A stretch of DNA of 63,684 nucleotides, counting the filler. It is 3 parts of 3 records of this genome, joined end to end, with 100 filler letters (N's around TTAATTAATTAA, not from the genome) between each part and the next. Parts side by side here need not be neighbours in the genome. Positions count along the whole stretch, not along the records: positions 49,562 to 63,684 come from SRR20825019_1995; 2 more parts are not named here. One strand, 5' to 3'. Of the stretch, positions 56,345 to 63,684 are shown piece after piece. A program made the position numbers and the translations under genes. The notes beneath the pieces are model-generated. The model had not been told where the DNA came from and searched no databases. It saw nothing but the letters and a program-made list of their open reading frames with translations. Position 1 is the first letter of the stretch; the number at the start of each line of letters is the position of its first letter.

Positions 56345-56575
56345 ATGTTACAAACCATTTATTCTTTACGCCATTATCTTGAAAAAAGAGGTTTTTATGT
56401 CTCATCTCGTTTTGCAGATAGGCTAGGAATGCGGGCTAAGAGTGTTCGTCTTTTTTTTATTTATGTTTCTTTTGCTACTTTAGGAGCTGGGTTTGCAATA
56501 TATCTTACACTTGCATTTTTATTAAAACTTAAAGATCTTGTAAATACAAAGCGGACTTCTGTTTTTGATTTATGA
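56345..56575 (+). CDS. PspC-domain small membrane protein
   Basis: FADRLGMRAKSVRLFFIY..YLTLAF. Confidence 0.75.
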   Translation: MLQTIYSLRHYLEKRGFYVSSRFADRLGMRAKSVRLFFIYVSFATLGAGFAIYLTLAFLLKLKDLVNTKRTSVFDL

Positions 56576-56753
56576 TTTTTTTAAATTTCAAATTTGAATA
56601 TTTAGCTTGTTACAACCAGATAAAGAGTGTTATAATTAAGCACAGAGTTTAAGAGTTCGTTAACAAATTTCTGCTCAATTCTTTGAAATTGTAAAATTTT
56701 TTAAGCATCTTGCTTCGTTTTAATAAAAAAACGTTTCATTTTAAATCTCCACC

Positions 56754-58379
56754 ATGAAGAAATATCTTCTTTCGCTAATTACATTATTACTCCCTTTTTT
56801 GACATTTGCTCAGGAAACAACAACTTCAGAACAAATAGACACAATTTTTAAAAAGTATACAGGTTGGTTTGTAGATGGTATATTTTATGAAATACCCTTT
56901 TCTGAAACATTTCAAATCCCATGGGTGCTTATTGTATTGATAGGTGGTGCTGTTTATTTTACAATTTATTTTAAATTGATAAACTTTACAGGCTTTGGTA
57001 CTGCAATTCGTGTTGTAAGAGGTAAATATGAAGATATAGAAAAACACGGAGCCGATACACTGTATGGTGATGTTACCCCAAACGAACAAGAAAACCTTAT
57101 TGAAACAATTCGTGATGATAGCGCAGATGGAGAGGTTTCACACTTTCAGGCGCTAACTGCAGCATTATCTGCTACAGTGGGTTTAGGTAATATTGCGGGT
57201 GTTGCAGTAGCACTTTCTATTGGAGGGCCAGGAGCTACTTTTTGGATGATTGTTGCTGGATTATTAGGGATGGCATCCAAATTTGCGGAATGTACTTTGG
57301 GTGTAAAATATAGAGATGTGGGGCCAGATGGTACTGTTTATGGTGGCCCTATGTATTATCTGAAAAAAGGTTTGAAAGAAAAAAAGATGGGTGGACTTGG
57401 AAAAGTTCTAGCCGTTCTTTTTGCAATATTCGTTATTGGAGGTTCTTTTGGTGGTGGAAATATGTTCCAAGCCAATCAAGCAGCTGCACAATTCGTGCAA
57501 CTTTTTGAACTACAAGGAACAAGTGGAGCAATGTGGTTTGGTATAGTTATGGCGCTTATTGTTGCTGTAGTAATTATTGGAGGAATTAAGCGTATCGCTA
57601 AAGTAACCGAAAAAATTGTGCCTTTTATGGCAGGTATATATGTGTTAGGCGCGGTAATTATTTTGGCTGCAAATTATATGCATATCGGTGATGCTTTCGC
57701 ATTAATATTTGAAGGTGCTTTTTCTGGTCTTGGTATTGCGGGTGGTTTAGTTGGTGTGTTAATACAAGGTATTCGTAGAGGAGCATTCTCAAACGAAGCT
57801 GGTGTTGGTTCAGCAGCAATTGCGCACTCTGCAGTGCGTACAAAATATCCAGCTTCTGAAGGGATTGTAGCTCTTTTAGAGCCTTTTATTGATACTGTAG
57901 TTATATGTACAATGACAGCGCTTGTAATTGTAATCACAAATTTTGACAACAATATTATACAATACGGGGTAGAGGTAAAAGAAGGTGTGGAGCTTACCGC
58001 TACTGCTTTTGATAGTGTAATACCACATTTCTCAATCGTATTAACAATTGCCGTTATTCTTTTCGCTTTTTCAACTATGATTTCTTGGTCGTATTATGGT
58101 ATGCAAGGTTGGGTGTATCTTTTTGGAAGAGGAAAAGTTACCGAGCTGATTTATAAGTTGTTATTTTGTATCTTTATCTGGGTTGGTTCTGTTATAAGCC
58201 TTGGCTCTGTTATCAACTTCTCCGATGCAATGATTTTTGCAATGGTTGTACCAAACATTATAGGTGTTATTATATTAACACCAGTGGTTAGAAAAGAACT
58301 AAAACGGTATATGAGCGCCATCAAAAAGAAACACGACGCGCTTGATGAAGGTCTAGAAGATATGCAGAAGCATATGTAA
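56754..58379 (+). CDS. alanine/glycine:cation symporter
   Basis: SHFQAL..ATVGLGNIAGVA..GGPGATFWM, GGPMYY, FSNEAGVGS. Confidence 0.95.
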   Translation: MKKYLLSLITLLLPFLTFAQETTTSEQIDTIFKKYTGWFVDGIFYEIPFSETFQIPWVLIVLIGGAVYFTIYFKLINFTGFGTAIRVVRGKYEDIEKHGADTLYGDVTPNEQENLIETIRDDSADGEVSHFQALTAALSATVGLGNIAGVAVALSIGGPGATFWMIVAGLLGMASKFAECTLGVKYRDVGPDGTVYGGPMYYLKKGLKEKKMGGLGKVLAVLFAIFVIGGSFGGGNMFQANQAAAQFVQLFELQGTSGAMWFGIVMALIVAVVIIGGIKRIAKVTEKIVPFMAGIYVLGAVIILAANYMHIGDAFALIFEGAFSGLGIAGGLVGVLIQGIRRGAFSNEAGVGSAAIAHSAVRTKYPASEGIVALLEPFIDTVVICTMTALVIVITNFDNNIIQYGVEVKEGVELTATAFDSVIPHFSIVLTIAVILFAFSTMISWSYYGMQGWVYLFGRGKVTELIYKLLFCIFIWVGSVISLGSVINFSDAMIFAMVVPNIIGVIILTPVVRKELKRYMSAIKKKHDALDEGLEDMQKHM

Positions 58380-58390
58380 AAAAATAAATT

Positions 58391-59275
58391 ATGGAATTAA
58401 AATCCCACTTCACGTTCAATAAACAACAACGAAGTGGGATTTTGCTTTTGTTGCTTCTTATCATTTCGCTTCTTTGTGTTTATTGGTTTGTAGATTTTTC
58501 CGAAGAAGACACTTTTAATATTTCTTCTGCTGAAATTGTTGTTATTCAAAAAGAATTGGATTCACTTCACCTTATTGAAATTGAAAACCGGAAACCAAAA
58601 AAATATCCTTTCAATCCTAATTTTATAACAGATTATAAAGGCTACACTTTAGGAATGTCTAACGAAGAAATTGATCGTTTACTTCAGTATCGCAAAGAAA
58701 ATAAATGGATAAATTCTGCCGCAGATTTTAAAAAAGTTACAGGCGTTTCAGATTCGTTGTTACATGAATTAAGTCCTTTTTTTAAATTTCCAGATTGGGT
58801 TGCCAATCCAAAGCCGAAGCGTGATTTCAAAGATTATAAAAGTGAAAAAGGTTTTTCTGAAAAAACGTATGCTCAAAAAACGGATCTTAATATAGCAACC
58901 GAAACGCAGTTGCAACAAGTTAGCGGTATTGGTGAAGCGTTAAGCAAACGAATTATTTCATATCGTGAAAAAATTAATGGCTTTTCAACCGACCTTCAAC
59001 TTTATGAAGTTTATGGATTAAATGCGGAGGTTGTGCAACGAACATTAAATCTTTTTACTGTAAAAACCCCAAAAGAAATAGTAAAAATGAATTTCAGCAA
59101 AGCTTCTGCTTCCGATATTTCAACCATTCCAGGAATTAATTTTGAATTGGCGAAAAAAATCTGGGAATATCAAAGACTTCGCAAAAAAGTAACAAGCTTT
59201 CAAGAACTAGAAAAAATTGAAGGAATGACGGAAAGAAAGTTACAGCTAATTCAGTTATATTTGTCCATTGATTGA
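58391..59275 (+). CDS. ComEA-like helix-hairpin-helix protein
   Basis: FNPN, DLNIATETQLQQVSGIG, IPGI. Confidence 0.85.
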   Translation: MELKSHFTFNKQQRSGILLLLLLIISLLCVYWFVDFSEEDTFNISSAEIVVIQKELDSLHLIEIENRKPKKYPFNPNFITDYKGYTLGMSNEEIDRLLQYRKENKWINSAADFKKVTGVSDSLLHELSPFFKFPDWVANPKPKRDFKDYKSEKGFSEKTYAQKTDLNIATETQLQQVSGIGEALSKRIISYREKINGFSTDLQLYEVYGLNAEVVQRTLNLFTVKTPKEIVKMNFSKASASDISTIPGINFELAKKIWEYQRLRKKVTSFQELEKIEGMTERKLQLIQLYLSID

Positions 59276-59322
59276 ATTAAAAAAGTCACCTAAAACCTTA
59301 TAAATAATAGTTTTATAAAAAT

Positions 59323-60489
59323 ATGGATAATTTATATTTTACAGAAGAACACGCGTTTTTTAGAAAAAGTTTTCAAGATTTCCTTCAAAAAGAAGTTGTT
59401 CCACACATTGATAAGTGGGAAAAAACAGGGCAAATAGAACGTTTCATCTGGGAGAAATTTGGTGAAATGGGTTACTTCGGGATCTATCAGCCCGAAGAAT
59501 ATGGAGGTTTGAATTTAGATCTTTTTTATACGGTTATATTTTTAGAAGAACTTCAAAAAGTGAATAGCGGCGGTTTTGCTGCTGCCATGTGGGCACATGC
59601 CTACCTGGCAATGACGCATCTTAAAAAAGAAGCGAACCACGAACAAAAAGAAAAATACCTAGTTCCAAGTATTACTGGTGAAAAAATTGGGTGTCTTTGT
59701 ATTACCGAACCTTTTGGTGGTAGCGATGTTTCTGGTATGCGTACTACTGCAGAGAAAAAAGGAAATAGCTATATCTTAAACGGTTCAAAAACGTTTATTA
59801 CCAACGGAATTTATAGTGATTATTTAATTGTTGCTGCCAAAACAGCTCCAGAATTAGGCAACAAGGGTATCAGTATTTTTGTTGTTGATAGAGACACAAA
59901 GGGTATTACATCATCAAAGCTTGATAAATTAGGATGGCGCGCTAGCGATACTGGTGAAATAGCTTTTGATAATGTAGAAATTCCGCTTACAAACTTAATG
60001 GGTGAGGAGAATGCAGGATTTCCATATATAATGCAACATTTTGCTTTAGAACGCTTAATTATGGGTATCAATGCGCATGCTCGTAGCGAATTTGCATTGG
60101 AATATACCATTCAATACATGAAAGATCGTTTTGCATTTGGAAAAAGTATTTCTAAGTTTCAAGCATTACGCCACCGTGTTGCACAACTTGCAAGTGAAAT
60201 TGAGGTTAGCAAAACATTTAATTATGTTACCGCAAAACGTCTTAATGATGGCGAGTATGTTGTGAAAGAAGCAACAATGAGCAAGCTTATTTCTACAAAA
60301 GTAGCTGATGAAGTAATGACCGAATGCCTTCAATTTTTAGGTGGTTATGGTTATATGGAAGATTACCCGTTGGCGCGATTACTCCGCGACAGTAGATTGG
60401 GACCAATTGGTGGTGGTACTTCGGAAATTTTGAGAGAAATTATTTCTAAAATGGTAATTGAGGGAATAGAGTATAAGCCAGCTACCTAA
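59323..60489 (+). CDS. acyl-CoA dehydrogenase
   Basis: ITEPFGGSD, LNGSKTFITN, KLGWRASDT, QFLGGYGY, IGGGTSEI. Confidence 0.95.
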   Translation: MDNLYFTEEHAFFRKSFQDFLQKEVVPHIDKWEKTGQIERFIWEKFGEMGYFGIYQPEEYGGLNLDLFYTVIFLEELQKVNSGGFAAAMWAHAYLAMTHLKKEANHEQKEKYLVPSITGEKIGCLCITEPFGGSDVSGMRTTAEKKGNSYILNGSKTFITNGIYSDYLIVAAKTAPELGNKGISIFVVDRDTKGITSSKLDKLGWRASDTGEIAFDNVEIPLTNLMGEENAGFPYIMQHFALERLIMGINAHARSEFALEYTIQYMKDRFAFGKSISKFQALRHRVAQLASEIEVSKTFNYVTAKRLNDGEYVVKEATMSKLISTKVADEVMTECLQFLGGYGYMEDYPLARLLRDSRLGPIGGGTSEILREIISKMVIEGIEYKPAT

Positions 60490-60526
60490 AAAAGTACTGT
60501 TTAATTTTTAAATCTATTTTCCGAAA

Positions 60527-61945
60527 ATGAAAAATCCTAAAATGAAACATTTTCTTACGTTACTTATTTTTTTAGTTGGGGCAACTACCTTTGCTCAAAC
60601 AGAGCTAAGAGGTAAAGTTGCCGATTTTTTAACGTACGAACCTATTGAAAGTGCTAGTGTTTATATAGAAAATACAACCATTGGTTCCATAACAAATACG
60701 GATGGTAATTTTATTTTAAAAGTACCTCAGGAACATTTAAAGGATACTTTGGTTATTTCATCAATTGGGTACAAAAGTTTTAGGGTTGTTATAGATGGGT
60801 TTGAAAATAATTCAGATATCTATTTAGAAGAAGATGTTGCGTCTCTGGATGAGGTTGTAATCGTTTCTGATCCACGGCCAACCACCGGAAATGAAATTGT
60901 AGTAAAAGCAATTGAACGTTTACCGAGAAATTTGCCAGAACAATCCTATTTACAAAAAGGGTTTTTACGCCACAAAGAACGAAACAAAAAAGAGTATAAA
61001 TGGCTTATAGAAAGTGCAATTACGTTGTATGATTCTAGTTATGCTTCCGCAGCAAAAAATGAATTAAAAATAAATGTGGACGAAACCAGAAAAAGTTACG
61101 ATTTAAGAAACATTGATACGCTTTTCACCTATTCCGCTTATCTTAAAAGTATTGGTTCAAAAGCAGGAAATTTAAACCGTAATTCTATAAAAACCGCTAC
61201 TTTAATTGAAGCCATAAAATGGAACGATACTCGTGTTAATGGTTTGGAAAATCTTTTCAAAGGAAAACTTAATTTGATACGAAATTCAAATGTTACAGGT
61301 GCTTTGTTTGGAAATAATATGCTAGAAAAGCATCAATTTAAGTTGGATACGATTCTAGTAGATAATGGTAGAAAAATATATAAAATTGAAATTTCAAAAG
61401 GGACAGATTTTGTAGGCTTAAACACTCCAAATATTTATAATGAAGGCTTTGAAGCAAAAGGATGGATTTATATTTATTATGACAATTACGCGGTTAAAAA
61501 AGTAGAATACGAGCTTATAGCTTCGTCTGATGTTCAGAAAAAACGTAGTAAAAGCCTTTATGACACGCAGGTTATTCATAAGCTTATAGTAGGGTATAAG
61601 GAGTATGATGATAAAATGTATCCGAATTACATATATTATGAAACCCCCAAATTGGTAAACACTGGCGATAGGTCTTCCGATAGATTTAAAACCGAAGCAG
61701 AACCAGGTTTTGACAAAGGAGAGCAATATTACTATACCATTCAGGAAATACTTTTTACTGAAATAATTAAAGATCCAGAGCTTTTAAAGCAAGAATTGCA
61801 ACAAAATGATTGGTCGGCAGATATATTTTCTAGCAGACCTTATAATGAGTCATTCTGGGAAAACTACAACGTATTGCTAGAAAGTAAAGAAGAAGCAAAG
61901 TTGATTCAGGATTTAACTCAACGTGCAACTTTATTTAAACAATAA
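60527..61945 (+). CDS. carboxypeptidase-like regulatory domain-containing protein
   Basis: GKVAD..EPIESASVY..GSITNTDGNF..ISSIGY..LDEVVI. Confidence 0.8.
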   Translation: MKNPKMKHFLTLLIFLVGATTFAQTELRGKVADFLTYEPIESASVYIENTTIGSITNTDGNFILKVPQEHLKDTLVISSIGYKSFRVVIDGFENNSDIYLEEDVASLDEVVIVSDPRPTTGNEIVVKAIERLPRNLPEQSYLQKGFLRHKERNKKEYKWLIESAITLYDSSYASAAKNELKINVDETRKSYDLRNIDTLFTYSAYLKSIGSKAGNLNRNSIKTATLIEAIKWNDTRVNGLENLFKGKLNLIRNSNVTGALFGNNMLEKHQFKLDTILVDNGRKIYKIEISKGTDFVGLNTPNIYNEGFEAKGWIYIYYDNYAVKKVEYELIASSDVQKKRSKSLYDTQVIHKLIVGYKEYDDKMYPNYIYYETPKLVNTGDRSSDRFKTEAEPGFDKGEQYYYTIQEILFTEIIKDPELLKQELQQNDWSADIFSSRPYNESFWENYNVLLESKEEAKLIQDLTQRATLFKQ

Positions 61946-62007
61946 TTTTTTTCACTTAAAAATTGAAAAAAAATAATATTCATTGTTTATTATCCATTAA
62001 TAATTTA

Positions 62008-62038
62008 TAATTTTGCCGTCCTAAAGAAAGGAGGTGAT
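62008..62038 (+). promoter_or_regulatory. rpsU -7 element (TAATTTTG) and extended Shine-Dalgarno AGAAAGGAGGTGAT
   Basis: Directly visible; the SD ends 6 nt before ATG 62045. Confidence 0.85.
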
Positions 62039-62044
62039 GACACT

Positions 62045-62239
62045 ATGTTAATTATACCAGTTAAAGACGGAGAAAATATCGACAGAGCGCTAAAGCGTTT
62101 CAAGCGTAAGTTTGATAGAACCGGAACTATGCGCCAGCTTCGTTCCAGACAAGCTTTTACAAAGCCATCTGTTAAAAAGAGAGCGCAAATTCAAAAAGCG
62201 CAATACATACAAGGCCTTAGAGATCAGGAAGATATTTAA
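62045..62239 (+). CDS. rpsU: 30S ribosomal protein bS21
   Basis: GENIDRALKRFKRK..FTKPSVKKR. Confidence 0.97.
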   Translation: MLIIPVKDGENIDRALKRFKRKFDRTGTMRQLRSRQAFTKPSVKKRAQIQKAQYIQGLRDQEDI

Positions 62240-62263
62240 TTATCTTTTGATTGCTAAATACAC

Positions 62264-62298
62264 AAAATCCGTTGGAATTATTTCCAACGGATTTTTTT
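62264..62298 (+). terminator. intrinsic terminator
   Basis: AAAATCCGTTGGAA-ttat-TTCCAACGGATTTT followed by T. Confidence 0.9.
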
Positions 62299-62364
62299 GT
62301 TGCTATTACTTTAGCAAGCTAATATTAATTCAGTAATTTTAGCTAACAACAAATAATAAAAAAA

Positions 62365-63249
62365 ATGTCCTTCAAAGGCTTTGTGGATTATCTTCAGCTA
62401 GAGCGCAAGTATTCGTCAAATACGGTGACTGCCTATTTGAAAGATTTGGAGACTTTTCAAGAATTTGCTTCAGAGGAATACCAATACGCTGAAATTGATG
62501 TTGTTAATTATTCAATAATAAGAAGTTGGATAATTTCACTTGTAGATTCTGGAATTTCTAACCGAACTGTAAATCGAAAAATTTCTTCACTTAAAACCTA
62601 CTATAAATTTCTTTTAAAGATTGGGCAGATAGAAATTAATCCTTTGGCAAAGCACAAAGCACTAAAAACTTCAAAGAAGATTCAAATTCCTTTTTCTGAA
62701 AAAGAAATTGAAGGTGTAATGGAAATGCTTCAGACTGAAAATAATTTTGAAGCATTGCGAAACCGATTAATTGTCGAGCTATTTTATGCTACCGGAATAC
62801 GAAGGGCAGAATTAATAAATATAAAAGTGGCTGATGTTTCGTTTGCGCAACAAACAGTTAAGGTTTTAGGAAAAAGAAACAAGGAGCGCATCATCCCATT
62901 ACTACCTACAATTATTAAAACGATTACTGATTATATGTCATTTAGGAATGAGTTGGAAAATATAAAAGACGGCGAAATGCTTTTTCTTACAAAAAAAGGG
63001 GTTAAAGTTTATGAAACCCTTGTCTATAGAATTATAAATTCTTACTTTAGTAAAACCTCAGAAAAGGTGAAGAAGAGTCCGCATATTTTACGGCATTCTT
63101 TTGCAACGCATCTTTTAAATGAAGGAGCTGATATTAATGCAGTAAAGGAGCTTTTGGGGCATTCAAGTCTTGCTTCAACACAGGTTTATACTCAAAATAG
63201 TATTGCTAAATTAAAAGAGGTGTATAAAAACGCTCACCCACGGAATTAA
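62365..63249 (+). CDS. xerC: tyrosine recombinase XerC-type
   Basis: YATGIRRAEL, GKRNKER, SPHILRHSFATHLL, LLGHSSLASTQVY; rpsU-xerC-hpf synteny. Confidence 0.88.
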   Translation: MSFKGFVDYLQLERKYSSNTVTAYLKDLETFQEFASEEYQYAEIDVVNYSIIRSWIISLVDSGISNRTVNRKISSLKTYYKFLLKIGQIEINPLAKHKALKTSKKIQIPFSEKEIEGVMEMLQTENNFEALRNRLIVELFYATGIRRAELINIKVADVSFAQQTVKVLGKRNKERIIPLLPTIIKTITDYMSFRNELENIKDGEMLFLTKKGVKVYETLVYRIINSYFSKTSEKVKKSPHILRHSFATHLLNEGADINAVKELLGHSSLASTQVYTQNSIAKLKEVYKNAHPRN

Positions 63250-63312
63250 AAATTTAAATAAAGCCTATGGCATAAAAATACATAATATATTAACTGTTTA
63301 AAATAATATAAT

Positions 63313-63615
63313 ATGAGAATAAACGTGCAAACCCCCAACTTTGCAGCTAAGGATGAGCTATTGGTATTTATTGAAAAGCGATTATCCAAACTGGAACAGT
63401 TTTACGACAAGATAGTTTTTGCGGATGTTTTTTTAAAAGTCCAGAAAACAAGTGAAAAGGAAAATAAGATTGTAGAAGTTTTATTAAGTATTCCTGGAGA
63501 TGATGTTATGGTGAAAAAAGAAGCGAAAACTTTTGAAGAAGCTATTGATGAAGTAGTTAAGACTTTAGAGCGTCAATTGAAAAAAAGAAAGCAAAAACAA
63601 AAAGCATATTTGTAG
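63313..63615 (+). CDS. hpf: ribosome hibernation factor HPF/RaiA
   Basis: KRLSKLEQFYD..FEEAIDEVVKTLERQL. Confidence 0.9.
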   Translation: MRINVQTPNFAAKDELLVFIEKRLSKLEQFYDKIVFADVFLKVQKTSEKENKIVEVLLSIPGDDVMVKKEAKTFEEAIDEVVKTLERQLKKRKQKQKAYL

Positions 63616-63657
63616 CAATATTTTTTAGAAAAAGTTTTGTAGAAAAAATATTTTTTC

Positions 63658-63665
63658 TACATTTG
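63658..63665 (+). promoter_or_regulatory. Bacteroidota -7 element for a downstream (off-window) transcript
   Basis: TACATTTG followed by CA. Confidence 0.55.
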
Positions 63666-63684
63666 CAGTCCGTTAGAAATAGCG

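Noticed and set aside
62365-63249. Tyrosine recombinase as a prophage or ICE integrase
   Set aside because: Xer-sized and in the housekeeping rpsU-xerC-hpf context with no cargo genes
26888-63684. CRISPR arrays, tRNA/rRNA, IS elements, defence systems
   Set aside because: No repeat-spacer array, cloverleaf, transposase or defence-domain motifs seen by eye

Overview
The window is three unrelated contigs joined by 100-nt artificial spacers (N44-TTAATTAATTAA-N44 at 26788-26887 and 49462-49561). Contig A (1-26787) is a compact, GC-rich, intron-dense EUKARYOTIC (protist-like) sequence with about 13 genes: a possible D-box microprotein, a PQ-loop protein, two divergent intronless secreted orphans (an 803-aa coiled-coil protein and a 24-aa-repeat beta-helix-like protein), TMEM135, an F-box/WD40 protein, a SNAPC5-like protein, UTP11, a CCCH-DEDDh exonuclease, MCRS1, a PTGR-like reductase, ATG22 and a Cys-rich hypothetical. 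Its introns are mostly ~45-60 nt GT-AG, and extreme GC islands sit at gene 5' ends. Contig B (26888-49461) is Bacteroidota housekeeping DNA (ccsA, asmA, flavastacin-like protease, purC, phoH, gldF-gldG, dnaN). Contig C (49562-63684) is more AT-rich Flavobacteriaceae-like housekeeping DNA (namZ, lolC/E, CBS, rpsU with a strong SD, xerC, hpf). No CRISPR, rRNA, tRNA or mobile element was seen. The candidate novelties are almost all in contig A. Exon boundaries were spliced by eye and family calls come from motif recognition, not database searches.
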